A DNA stretch of 63,979 bases, counting the filler, from Octopus bimaculoides (Eukaryota): assembly GCF_001194135.2 (NCBI RefSeq). It is 7 parts of 7 records of this genome, joined end to end, with 100 filler letters (N's around TTAATTAATTAA, not from the genome) between each part and the next. Parts side by side here need not be neighbours in the genome. Positions count along the whole stretch, not along the records: positions 31,058 to 46,715 come from NC_068985.1; positions 46,816 to 59,456 come from NC_069005.1; 5 more parts are not named here. One strand, written 5' to 3'. Shown here piece after piece: positions 37,601 to 50,190 of this stretch. Made by a program: the position numbers and the translations under genes. The notes below the pieces were generated by a model, which was given only the letters and a program-made list of their open reading frames with translations, was not told where the DNA came from and searched no databases. Numbering within the stretch: position 1 is the first letter of the stretch; each line of letters opens with the position of its first letter.

Positions 37601-38204
37601 NNNNNNNNNNTCTCTCTCTCTCTCTCTCTCACTTGCTCATTCGCTCTATTAGCTCTGTTTCTCACACAAGTCCTAAAGCGTCCTGTTACATGTCTCAACA
37701 GCAGTATTCTGAAAATATATAAATTTATCTCTCAATTGATTTAGTTCTCCATCAACAGAATAACACCAGAAGGATCTATAAAGAGTGAAAGGGAACTGGA
37801 GAGAGAAAGAGAGAAATAGAGAAAAAGAGAAGAAAGAAACAGATGACTATGTAATCAGAGACCTACAGTTGATAAAAGGGAAGAGGTGGTGGAGATGTAA
37901 CGCAAAGACGCATCATCGATGACATGGTGACCTTCATGTTCTCTTCTCATCCGTTCCTGATAATGACCATCATACTATCTACTGACACAACGTACGTGCG
38001 TGTGTCTGCGCACGTGTAGGAGCATGTATGCGCATCCGTGCATGTAATGTAATATTTCCCGATCTGTGATTCGTTCACATCGGCAAGCACCGTGAAGGCT
38101 ATACATCGCTGAAGAGGACAAAAGAAAATCGAAACAAGTTTGAATTATTTTTCACAATTTCTAAAAAGATAAAAATTATATTTGTTACAGCTTATCATTA
38201 TTTA

Positions 38205-38612
38205 CTCTTTTACTCTTTTAATTGTTTCAGTCATTTGACTGCGGCCATGCTGGAGCACCGCCTTTAGTCGAGCAAATCGACCCCAGCACTTATTCTTTGT
38301 AAACCTAGTACTTATTCTATCGGTCTCTTTTGCCAAACCGCTAAGTTACGGGGACGTAAACACACCAGCATCGGTTATCAAGCGATGTTGGAGGGACAAA
38401 CACAGACACATAAACACACACACATATATATATACATATACATATATACGACGGGCTTCTTTCAATTTCCGTCTACCAAATCCACTCACAAGGCTTTGGT
38501 CGACCCGAGGCTATAGTAGAAGACACTTGCGCAAGGTGCCACGCAGTGGGACTAAACCCGGAACCATGTGGCTGGTAAGCAAGCTACTTACCACACAGCC
38601 ACTCCTGCGCCT
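38205..38612 (-). mobile_element. Full-length SINE family A
   Basis: Reverse-complement match, (TTTTAC)n tail. Confidence 0.93.
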
Positions 38613-38799
38613 ATTTTTTCACAGCACATTCAAATAACATTTTTTTAAAGCATTAAGTAACAGTTGAGTACTGGAGTTGATGTAATCGACTAGTCCACTG
38701 CTCCAAATTTGAGACTTTGTATCTATAGTGGAAAGGATTAATTATGATAACATTAAGCATTAACTATTGTTTAGCATACGAGTTACATCTAAACTCTTC

Positions 38800-39135
38800 T
38801 GTTTTTAAAAGGCGCACTCCGTCGGTTACGACGACGAGGGTCTCAGCTGATACGATCAATGGAACAGCTTGCTCGCGAAATTAAGGTGCAAGTGGGTGAG
38901 CAATCCACAGACACGTGTACCCCTGACGTAATTCTCAGGGAGATTCAGCGTGACACAGAGTGTGATAAGGCTGGCCCTTTGAAATACAGGTACTACTCAT
39001 TTTTGCCAGCTGAGTGGACTGGAGCAATGTGAAATGAAGTGTCTTGCTCAAGGACACAACGCATCACCGGGAATTGAACCTACGATCTTATAATTGTGAT
39101 TCGAATGCGCTAATCATTAAGCCACGCGCCTTCAC
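38800..39135 (-). mobile_element. tRNA-derived SINE (family D)
   Basis: Homologous to 13690-13985 and 20398-20720. Confidence 0.82.
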
Positions 39136-39233
39136 ATGATCTATATTCATACGCTAATGAATGTGGTGTATGATGTGGTCCGAATAAGATTGAAACATCT
39201 CCATAGGTATTGGTGCTGCTGCTTTTGCTGCTG

Positions 39234-39270
<37 letters not shown>

Positions 39271-40310
39271 TGTTACTACTACTACAATTACCACCACTAC
39301 TACTACTGCTACAACTACCACCATTACAACTACTGATGTTGTGGCTGTTGTTGTCTAGTTCTGGGTAAGCACGACCAACAATATTTTTTGTTTCAGTTGC
39401 ATTATGCCTCTCTTTAACTGAACATTCATACTAAACCACCCGACATGTTGTAACGAATTGTATATGATGCAATGTGTCAAAGCACAAAGGCACCCTTATT
39501 GGTTCGTAATAAAAGTAACGTTTACAGGTAGTAACAGCGGTTACTATGGCGATCAGTCATTACTAGAGAGCGTAAGTGCTGTAAATAAAATAGCTGCAAA
39601 TATAATTCGAAACATGGACACGGCTCCATATTTTCAATTCTTTTGCCTTCGTTTCCTATGTGAAATTAAAAACACAACTCGTTGAAATTATGAACTTGAG
39701 TATCATAACATCGTAATATACATACGGTCATTCACAGGAGCAGCTGATACGAATATTAATGATTCAAAGACGCCATCCGCATGAAAAACAATAGGTAGGT
39801 TAGTGATGATATATTTAATGTTTGGAGTGTTAAAAAAACTAAAAATACATAAAAGTTGAGAGAAAGTGATTAATGACTAATTTTTGTTTTGGTTTTTTAT
39901 TTGGGTTTTTTTTTTTTTTTCATCAGACACAAATGATAACTCCGGATATGTTTATAAAAGCGTTTTTTTTTTCTTTGTTCATTGATGTGTGAGTGTATTA
40001 TGATGTTAATATATAGATGGTCGGATAAGAATTGAGGAATCGTTTTCCAATTGGTTGTGATAACTAGATGCGTGGATCAACAGCTAATGGCTTCGGTTGA
40101 GTTGTTGTCATCTTGATGAGGTAAGCGTATCGGTCTGGGTCGTTTACGGTGCAAAGGGACTTGCAGCTGATATTATGTTACCGCTTGTGCCAGTGGTAGT
40201 ATTTGACTGTATTGGTGCGGAAGTGTAACCTGGTGGCATAACGTGTGGGAACTGTGAAAGATTACAGAAAAAATAATTGTATATCTTCTCTGGAGTGGAA
40301 CAATTATCAT

Positions 40311-40373
<63 letters not shown>

Positions 40374-40390
40374 TAGCTATGGCCAGTCTA

Positions 40391-40455
40391 TGGGTTTACG
40401 CAAGGTTTTCGCGTCCATAAAGCGCTTAGCTTTACATATGTCTCGTCAGAGCCTA
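40391..40455 (-). ncRNA. Degenerate type I hammerhead-like motif at 3' end of Penelope-like element
   Basis: UAGGCU CUGACGA [stem II with UGUAAAGC/GCUUUAUG] GAAA AC CUUGC GUA AACCCA; stem I has two A.C mismatches. Confidence 0.4.
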
Positions 40456-42364
40456 ATGCCCGATGTCCTACAATCTCTCCTAAAAGTGAAAGGAGAAAAG
40501 TCCTTGTGGCTAGTCGTTGAACACACAGACAAAGAAGCACAAGGGATTGTCTCCCTTATATCACTATCCGGTATCCCCCCAGGCAGCTTGCGGATCCCAG
40601 GATTTCAGTAGTAATCGCCTGAAGTGTAAGCAGGGTCCGAACACTTCCGTCCTGGAATTGAAGTTGTTCACCGGGTCGAGGGAGTTCTTTAATATTCTCG
40701 CCCATTCCGTTATGCACAACTCGCAGGGTTTGCTGACGTTGATGTAGAGGCCCAGTTTTTCTAGGATCTTCCATGTGATTACATATGGGATCCCTTTCCT
40801 TTGTCCTTCAGGCTCCACACGTGGCTGACTAATGATGTGGCATAACGTCTCTCCGGGATCCTAAATGAGGTTTTGCGGTTGGAGAGGCACTGGTTGAATG
40901 TGTTTCCAGAACAACTGATGTATTTTCGAATGTTACTTTAGCGTTGCTGCCTATGTTGGTATTGACGCCGTTACTTCCGCTGCTTTTGGTGCTGGTGTTG
41001 TTGGTGTTGGCATCGTTAATGCTGGAGTAGGGGACATCATCAGTAGCGGAGTTGGTGTTGGTGCTGTTGTTGTTTTGTTTTGTTTTTTTATGTCTCCGTT
41101 GGTGTTGCTATAGTCATTGCCGTTGCTGGGGCTGATATCGGCGCGCTATAGTAGTGGTTGCTGCTGTCGTAGTTATTACTGTAATCATTATTAACATTAT
41201 CATTAGCGATGGTGCTTGCTGCTATCTTTGCTAAGGTTGCTGCCGTTGCTACTATTATTGCTATCCCTGCTACTGCCATAGCTGCTGGAAAAGCAGCTGT
41301 TGCTATTGGGGTCAGATACCACCTCAGCCTCATAAACGACCCCTTGGGTTCGCATTAGCCTCACACTGGGCATCTGTTGTAGTCTGTGCATGAGCATTCC
41401 GCTTCTGCTCGTAGCCTAGGGTTGTTAACTAAAATACTCTCACTATTATGGGGGCAGCTAAAAGAGATTTATGTTATGTCTGTTGAATAGGTGTCCGTAC
41501 GTATGTGATTGTTTTAAGTGCTTATCTGCTAGCCTAAGGAATATCTGCCTGCACACGTTTGTTGGGAGAGAAGTTAAACCCTCTAGAGATAGTCCCGGCG
41601 TCATCTCTGTAGAGACCAAAGAGGACAGAAGGAAATTTCTTTTTTAGGGTATCCAGGATATACAGCCCAGTGAGGCCGCATATATCAGCGCTGTCAAAAG
41701 AGCTCATGGGGTCGGTTTACTTGACCCCCGTCGAACTTTTATTATACAGCACCGTTTTCCTAGCGTGCATAAGGAATATCTACCTACACACGTTTGTTAA
41801 GAGAGAAGTTGGGCAGGCAAACCAAGCGATATTTCGGTGGTGTTTCCTTCTGCGAGTGTTAGAGCCCGGCATGTAGGAGATGCAATCCCCAAATCCGCTG
41901 GAAGCTAGGGTCTCGTTATAGTAGGGATTTGCTGCGCCGAAAATTTCATGGCTAGAGGACAGATTCGAGATCCTCTTGCTGACACCCCTCACCAGATTTC
42001 TGAACACGATGGCTGGGTGGCATGAAGCAGTGTTGTTATATACCAGCCCCTTGTTTAGCTTGCGACAGGGCCTGTATGTAGCAGAGCCCAAATCGAACGT
42101 GATGCCTAAGAAGTCCGTGGTGGTGAGGTTGGTCCTGATTGTAATTTCCAGTCCCTTGGAGCTAAGGGTGCTAATTAGATCTTTCCTAAGTTTATCTAGG
42201 GTGTGCCCGTTAGCCCCTCTCGAGATAGACCCGGCGTCATCTCTGTAGAGACCAAAGAGGACAAAACAAAATTTCTTCTTTAGGGTATCCAGGATATACA
42301 GCCCAGTGAGGTCGCATGTATCAGCGCTGTCATAAGCCCCCATCGCTACGTCAAAAGGGCTCAC
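40391..42364 (-). mobile_element. Penelope-like element (RT and GIY-YIG), rearranged
   Basis: RT: FDVAMGAYD...GLYRDDA...DFLGITFDL...HPAIV; CSC..RCPV, VVYEAEV, YVITWKILEK..KPCELC..E..IL..NSRTEV..CLH; internal duplication 41585-41790 and simple-repeat insertion at about 40970-41285. Confidence 0.88.
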
Positions 42365-42491
42365 TAAAATAAGTGTTATTTGGGAACAAACATACTTTAG
42401 ATATCACCACACTCATTGAATCTTAATTCTAGGAATGATTTAACACTAACATTAGTAATTAATTATAGATATACGTACATATATATATATT

Positions 42492-42690
42492 CTTTTACTT
42501 GTTTCAGTCATTTGACTGCGGGCATGCTGGAACACCGCCTTTAGTCGAACAAATCGACAAATCCTCTTTTACTGAACCGCTAAAGTACGGGGACGTAAAC
42601 ACACCAACATCGGTTGTCAAGCGATGGTAGGGGAGGGACAAACACAGACACACGCACAAATATACGCATATACATACACACACACACATA
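42492..42690 (-). mobile_element. SINE family A 3' half, internally deleted
   Basis: Tail match followed by (CA/TA)n and gap. Confidence 0.85.
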
Positions 42691-43019
42691 TATATNNNNN
42701 NNNNNNNNNNNNNNNNNNNNNNNNNNNNNNNNNNNNNNNNNNNNNNNNNNNNNNNNNNNNNNNNNNNNNNNNNNNNNNNNNNNNNNNNNNNNNNNNNNNN
42801 NNNNNNNNNNNNNNNNNNNNNNNNNATATATACATATATACACTAAATAGTAAATAACATATAATATATATACATGCATATGTGGGTAGAGGACGTCACC
42901 AACGGTACAAATAACATGAAATACGTAAACAAACGAGTTAAATATGCATACTTCTCACATAGCTCTAGTTGTTAAGAAGTAGAGGAAAAGTGGTTTCTGT
43001 AAAGTTGATGGATATTCAC

Positions 43020-43300
43020 AATGAAACTGAAAGAAGCCCTTCGTATGTGTGTGTGTGTGTGTGTGTTTCTGCCTCACCGCTTGACAACCGATGTTTGTGT
43101 GTTTCTGCTTCACCGCTTGACAACCGATGTTTGTGTGTTTATGTCCCCGTAACATACCGTTTCGGCAAAAGAGAACAATAGAATAAGTACTAGGCTTACA
43201 AAGAATAAGACCTGAGGTCGATTTGTTCGACTAAAAAAAAAAATACCCTTCAAGGCGATACTCCAGCATGGCCGCAGACAAATAACTGAAACAAGTAAAA
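43020..43300 (+). mobile_element. SINE family A 3' part with 33-bp internal tandem duplication
   Basis: GTGTTTCTGC(C/T)TCACCGCTTGACAACCGATGTTT twice, then standard tail. Confidence 0.85.
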
Positions 43301-45354
43301 AAGAATAAATAAAAGAATTACAGAAAACCGTATTTGTTTCTCGCGAGCCGATCATTAAATTCATACGAGGAGCCATGTAGGGAGACTCAGCGCTGTGTTT
43401 CATTAATGATTTATGTACACGTGAGGAATGTGAAAAGGTAAGCAAGAATAAATGATCTCTCACTCACCATTCTGAAATTCATAGCGACAATGGAACGAGA
43501 TACATCAAAGCAAAGCAAAATCGTGCGTGTCTTGTTTGAAATAAAAACTGCAGGACAATAGCAGAACTCACTAAAATCAGCAGGACACACGGACACAATA
43601 ACAAATGAATATTTTCTAATTGTCACTGACGATCATGCGTGTTCAACGAGTAGACGGTCATCATGTGTGTTTACGTGTGTATACATATATATGTATGTGT
43701 ATATGTGCGTGTGTGTTTGTGTCTACGTGTATACGCACATATAGACACGCACACACATATATATATATATTTTTGCATACAAATACATAATCATGCATGC
43801 ACGTATATATGCTTATGTGTATATGCATACATATACACATATGTATATACACACATTCATGCATATTCATATATGTATGTGTGTGTGCATGTATGTANNN
43901 NNNNNNNNNNNNNNNNNNNNNNNNNNNNNNNNNNNNNNNNNNNNNNNNNNNNNNNNNNNNNNNNNNNNNNNNNNNNNNNNNNNNNNNNNNNNNNNNNNNN
44001 NNNNNNNNNNNNNNNNNNNNNNNNNNNNNNNNNNNNNNNNNNNNNNNNNNNNNNNNNNNNNNNNNNNNNNNNNNNNNNNNNNNNNNNNNNNNNNNNNNNN
44101 NNNNNNNNNNNNNNNNNNNNNNNNNNNNNNNNNNNNNNNNNNNNNNNNNNNNNNNNNNNNNNNNNNNNNNNNNNNNNNNNNNNNNNNNNNNNNNNNNNNN
44201 NNNNNNNNNNNNNNNNNNNNNNNNNNNNNNNNNNNNNNNNNNNNNNNNNNNNNNNNNNNNNNNNNNNNNNNNNNNNNNNNNNNNNNNNNNNNNNNNNNNN
44301 NNNNNNNNNNNNNNNNNNNNNNNNNNNNNNNNNNNNNNNNNNNNNNNNNNNNNNNNNNNNNNNNNNNNNNNNNNNNNNNNNNNNNNNNNNNNNNNNNNNN
44401 NNNNNNNNNNNNNNNNNNNNNNNNNNNNNNNNNNNNNNNNNNNNNNNNNNNNNNNNNNNNNNNNNNNNNNNNNNNNNNNNNNNNNNNNNNNNNNNNNNNN
44501 NNNNNNNNNNNNNNNNNNNNNNNNNNNNNNNNNNNNNNNNNNNNNNNNNNNNNNNNNNNNNNNNNNNNNNNNNNNNNNNNNNNNNNNNNNNNNNNNNNNN
44601 NNNNNNNNNNNNNNNNNNNNNNNNNNNNNNNNNNNNNNNNNNNNNNNNNNNNNNNNNNNNNNNNNNNNNNNNNNNNNNNNNNNNNNNNNNNNNNNNNNNN
44701 NNNNNNNNNNNNNNNNNNNNNNNNNNNNNNNNNNNNNNNNNNNNNNNNNNNNNNNNNNNNATATATATACGTCACACACACCTACAGACGCACACGCACA
44801 CATGCATACATACGTACATACCTACATATATACATGCATACATGCATACGTACATGCGTATGTATCTATCTATGTATGTACGTATGCATGCATGTATGTA
44901 TGTATCCATGTATATATATGTATGTGTGTTTTGTGTATCTGCATGTACGCGCGCTTGTGTGCTTGTGTGCTTGTGGCTGTGTAGATCCATCTGCAAATTT
45001 GCTTCTTCTGCTTGTGCGCATGTTTGTGTGTGTTTAAAATGAAAACATATCTCGCAGACAATAATAAAAGTCTGTGCCGAGACAGCTGTTATATCCTAAT
45101 TAGGGTCCACTAAACAAACGTTCACGCACACCCTGGTCCTGGCAGAATTACCCGCCATGTATCACGTTTATTCAGATAGATTTCGTCCCCTGCTGTTTGG
45201 TTTGTAGACATGTTGTTTTGATCATTGGAGATGCCAATTAGAGATCAATAAATATAGTCTAAAATACGTGACTGAGGGAGTTGACAGATAGACATGCAGG
45301 CTGGCAGACGTGCTGACAGAAAGACATGCGCATAGACAGGGAGGCAGAAAGAGA

Positions 45355-45417
45355 GATGGATAGAGTCATTGACAAGTAATCAAGAAATTAGATAGATAGA
45401 AAGATAGATAACTGGGA

Positions 45418-45465
<48 letters not shown>

Positions 45466-45498
45466 TTGGATAGATAGAGAGAGAGAGAGAGAGAGTTG

Positions 45499-45530
<32 letters not shown>

Positions 45531-45551
45531 TAAATAGATAGATAGATAGGC

Positions 45552-45592
<41 letters not shown>

Positions 45593-45690
45593 GGCAGATG
45601 GGCGGACGGACGGGCGGACGGACAGACAGTCAGATAGACAGGCAGAAGACAGACAGACAGACACACAGACAGACAGACAGACAGACAGAC

Positions 45691-45766
<76 letters not shown>

Positions 45767-45790
45767 GTGTGTGGGTGTGTGTGTGTATAC
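45355..45790. repeat. Compound (GATA)n/(GA)n/(GACA)n microsatellite
   Basis: Direct observation; (GGAT)n follows near 45985-46025. Many other (CA)n, (TA)n, (GA)n, (TAC)n tracts occur throughout. Confidence 0.97.
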
Positions 45791-46548
45791 GTATGTGAAG
45801 ACAGAGGGAGAGTGACAGATGGTGATTAAGAGGAAGAAAGAATGATTGAGAGAAAGAAAGAAAGAGGAAGAAAGAGTGACACGGAGTGATAAATAAAGCA
45901 ACAGATAGACAAACAAATAAACAAAGTGACATTTATAAATAAAAAGTGAAAGAATGATGGATAAATATAGTGCTGAAGATAACTGGGTGGATGGATGGAT
46001 GGATGGATGGATGGATGGATGGATGGCGAATGTATGGTGTGATGGATCGATCGATGGATGAGCAGGTATGCAGTCAAGAAAGCAATGAGACAAAATGACA
46101 AATGAACTATATAACAGAAAAGTAGAGATACATTGTCTTACAGCAATTTGTTCCGATTTTGTTAAAATAAGTTAACCGATACGTAACAAAAGTAGATATA
46201 ATGGCTTGCACAGTTTGCCCAAAATCTGAGTCTTTATGCCTCTATTAAAGTTCAGCATTCTAGAACGAGGATTAACGGATGCGGAACAACGCTATGTAGA
46301 GTGTAATGGGAGTTATGCCCCTTTAAGGTCTTGGTTCAAATAAAATTGGTGTTTGTCTTCCTTGTGGTAATTCAAGGAAGGCTTCATCTTATCGTGTACC
46401 TTTTACTTGTTTTAGAAACCGGAATGCGGCCAAGTTGGGGCATTGTACTGAAGGATTTAGTCGAAAAAACAAAATCGACTCCAACACTCATTTTTAAGCC
46501 GAGTACTTATTTTATAGGCCTCTAGCTTACAGCGTCGTAAACAAAGTA

Positions 46549-46660
46549 CAGTAATGCCTCGATATATGAGTTCCCGGGGACCGCTCGTAAAACAAAAACT
46601 CGTAAAGCAAAGCAATAATTTCCCATAGTAGCAATGTTATAAATCGTAATTCGTTCCCAG
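46549..46660 (+). mobile_element. pogo/Tigger-like MITE left end
   Basis: TA|CAGTAATGCCTCG..CTCGTAAAACAAAAACTCGTAAAGCAAAGCAA..TTTCCCATAG. Confidence 0.5.
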
Positions 46661-46678
46661 AAAAATACACGCCATAAC

Positions 46679-46715
<37 letters not shown>

Positions 46716-46814
46716 NNNNNNNNNNNNNNNNNNNNNNNNNNNNNNNNNNNNNNNNNNNNTTAATTAATTAANNNNNNNNNNNNNNNNNNNNNNNNNNNNN
46801 NNNNNNNNNNNNNN

Positions 46815-47140
46815 NGACAGGCCTTCGTAGGATTTTTGAGCGAGATCGTTGCCAGTGCCCCTGGACTGGCTATTGTGCAGGTGGCACATAAAATACACCA
46901 TTTTGAGCGTGGCCATTGCCAGTACCGCTTGACTGGCCTTTGTACGGGTGACACGTAAAAGCACCCACTACACTCTCTGAGTGGTTGGCGTTAGGAAGGG
47001 CATCCAGCTGTAGAAACTCTGCCAAATCAGATTGGAGCCTGGTGTTGCCATCCGGTTTCACCAGTCGTCAGTCAAATCGTCCAACCCATGCTAGCATGGA
47101 AAGTGGACGTTAAGCGATGATGATGATGATGATGATGATA
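46815..47140 (+). mobile_element. RTE-tail SINE / RTE 3' end (family C)
   Basis: Highly similar to 1610-1945, (GAT)n tail. Confidence 0.92.
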
Positions 47141-47234
47141 CACATATATATACATATACGTATACATACACACACACACACACATATATATATATACATA
47201 TATATATATACATACACACAGACACACACACACA

Positions 47235-48720
47235 TGTATATATACCAGAACTAAAAAAGAAGTACCAGGTATGGAAGCAAAGTCTAGAATGGAAGGACCT
47301 TAGAGTTAACCTAACAAACACCAAAGTCTTACCAAGTAGGAATGCAAACAAATCACATGTCCTTTCTGGTAGATGGCCTTGCTCAATCTGTAGAAAAGGC
47401 GTAGACAGTAACTCTGTAAGATGCACCTAGTGTAAGCTTTAGACACATAAATGGTACAGCAATATCAGAGAAAGGTTAAGAGGGTAAATAACTTTTGCAT
47501 GTGGTAGATGCACAGGTACAATAAACACCAAAAATGTACAGAAAATAGACGCCATCAACTGCCATGGGGGTAAGCTATAGGTAGTAGATAGCTTCCATTA
47601 CCTAGGTGATCAAGTTAGTAGTGGTGGTGGATGCTCCGAAAGCATAGCTGCCAGAATAAGATTAGGCTGGGAAAAGTTTAGAGAGCTCCTACATCTGCTG
47701 GCAAAAAAGGACCTCTCTCTCTCTCTCTTAGAGTGAAAGGCAGGTTGTATGATGCCTGTGTGTGAACAGCTATACTAAATGGCAGTGAAACATGAGCTGT
47801 GGCAACCAAGGACATGCGTAGGCTTGAAAGAAATGAAGCCAGTATGCTTCACTGGATGTGCAATGTCAGTGTACATGCTCGACAGAGTGTAAGTATCATG
47901 AGAGAAAAGTTAGGAGTAAGAGGCATCAGATGTAGTGTCCAAGAGAGGAGAATACACTGGTAATGCATACCATGAGATGCATATGGACAAGGAAAGCTGT
48001 GAAGTGCCAATCCCGAACTGTGGAGGGAACCTGTGGTAGAGGCAGACCCAGGAAGACCTGGGATGAGGTGGTGAAGCATGATCTCTAAACTTTGGGCCTC
48101 ACAAAGGCGATGACTAGTGACCAAGACCTTTGGCGATATGCTGTGCTTGAGAAGACACGTCAAGCCAAGTGAAATCATAGTCGTGACTGATGCTGGTGTC
48201 ACATAACTGATATCCATGCAGGTGGCCTGTAAAAAGCACTTTTCAAGCGTTGAGCCTCACAGAGGCAAAGTGGTTGAGCTCCTTTCAAGTGCTGGGCCTC
48301 ACAGAAGCAATGACCAAGACCTTTAACATTATGCTGTCATGAAGCCAAGTAAAATCGCAGTTGTGGAAGATACCCATGTCACGCAAATGGCACCCGTGCT
48401 GGAGGCACATAAAAGCACCTTTTGAGCATTGGACCTCACAGAGGCAAGAACCGAAACCATTTGGCATTATGCTGTGCTTGAGAAGAAGACCCATCAGACC
48501 AAGTAGAACCACAGTCATGGCAGATACCGGTGTCATACAAATGGCACCCATGCAGGTGGCACATGAAAGCTCCAATTAAACTCTTAGAGTGGTTGGTGTT
48601 AGTAAGGGCATCTAGCTGTAGAAATCATGCCAAAACAGACTGGAGTCTGGTGCAGCCTTAAAGCTTGTCAGCCATGGTCAAACCGTCCAACCCAGCACAG
48701 ACAACAGGTGTTAAATGATG
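47235..48720 (+). mobile_element. Older 5'-truncated RTE LINE with tandemly repeated 3' UTR and family C tail
   Basis: VWKQSLEWKDLRVNLTNTKV, PCSICRKGV, FHYLGDQVSSGGGCSESI, RGRPRKTWDEVVKHDL; three imperfect UTR repeats 48120-48565. Confidence 0.88.
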
Positions 48721-48735
48721 ACAATAATGATAATG

Positions 48736-48776
<41 letters not shown>

Positions 48777-49223
48777 NNNNNNNNNNNNNNNNNNNNNNNN
48801 TATATAAAGCTCAATGTCTGTGTGTCTGTACATCTACATGACGAAAGGGAATAGAAGATACATAAAAACAAAGTATGTGTTATATAAAATTTTACGAGAA
48901 AGATGAGCAACATAAAATTTACTTTCCATTGCAATTAGGGTGCTTAAAGGGAGGCAAACACCCCCTGTGAAATTTCAAATAGCTCTGATTTCAATGAAGC
49001 TAACAACATAACTACTAGGTACTAAATAAAGACGATTTCCAAAATTTCACCATCTTACAATATTCTTTAAACCCCCTAATGGGGTTTATAACACGGGACA
49101 GAGCCCCTTCGAAAGTGCAACAACATCCACTTTTCATGGAATATACATAAAATTTAAGTATGTGTTCTTGGAATATGTGTACTACAAAACTTCAACAATG
49201 CATATCTCATGTTTATATATACA

Positions 49224-49295
<72 letters not shown>

Positions 49296-49320
49296 TGTAT
49301 GTATGTATGTATGTGTATAT

Positions 49321-49356
<36 letters not shown>

Positions 49357-49359
<3 letters not shown>

Positions 49360-49770
49360 ATAAATCCTCGAGTATAATCCGCACTTTTTTCAAAAAATTT
49401 AAAGGTCAAAATTTCTAATGCATACTATATACAAGGTTAAAAATGAAAAATATTTTCTAAGCAAAATTTTCTAAGTGATAAATATATAAAGGCATTTTAC
49501 TTAATATTTATTTTTCACTGACGTTATTACTGTTATTTCTTTATTTTTTGCAAACAAAGTGCACAAAAAAGCTACATGTTTGCATTGTTATATATACTAT
49601 AATAATAAAGGACGTTACCGTATATACGTTTACAAACCAAGGACGTTATATAGACCTCCTTGATTCAAGTTAGAGAAGGGGTGCGTATTACACACAAGGT
49701 TTAGGTTTTTCAGAGGTACAACCCCCTAAAAATCCCCTGCATATTTTTAGGGGGCTGTATATACATGTGT
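49357..49770. mobile_element. Probable non-autonomous Tc1/pogo-superfamily DNA element
   Basis: TA|CCATAAATCCTCGAGTATAATCCGCAC start; inverted related motif GGTGCGTATTACACACAAGG at about 49680; right end uncertain. Confidence 0.4.
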
Positions 49771-49779
49771 ATATATACT

Positions 49780-50190
49780 CTTTACTCTTTACTCTTTTAC
49801 TTGTTTCAGTCATTTGACTGTGGTCATGCTGGAGCACCACCTTTAGTCGAGCAAATCGACCCCAGGACTTATTCTTTGGAAGCCTAGTACTTATTCTATC
49901 AGCCTCTTTTGCCGAACCGCTAAGTTACGGGGACGTAAACACACCACCATCGGTTGTCAAGCGATGTTGGGGGTGGGGACAAACACAGACACACAAACAC
50001 ATACACACACATACATATATATGTACATATATACAACGGGCTTCCTTCAGTTTCCGTCTACCAGATCCACTCACAAGGCTTTGGTCAGCCCGAGGCTACA
50101 GTAGAAGACACTTGCCCAAGGTGCCACACAGTAGAAATGGACCCGGAACCATGTGGTTGGGAAGCAAGCTTCTTACCACACAGCCACTCA
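49780..50190 (-). mobile_element. Full-length SINE family A
   Basis: Reverse-complement match, (TTTTAC)n tail. Confidence 0.93.

Noticed and set aside
38100-38145. CTGAAGA..CGAAACAAGTT hammerhead-like string
   Set aside because: Stem II has only two pairs, stem I is marginal, and no PLE context
40010-40270. Exon-like segment (plus-strand GAG|GTAAGC donor; minus-strand TTTCACAG acceptor)
   Set aside because: Stops in all frames; faint RYAT.L similarity to the adjacent Penelope suggests possible TE debris, insufficient to call
43661-45042. Longest ORFs in the track (up to 459 aa), and similar ones at 880-1871, 16680-17387, 24451-25173, 54979-56131, 62575-63411
   Set aside because: Made of N gaps and dinucleotide repeats
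48801-49150. Helitron-like 5' signature (TATATAAAGCTCAATGTCTGTGTGTCTGT) and TTAAAGGG terminus-like motif
   Set aside because: True start is hidden by a gap and no matching 3' end was found
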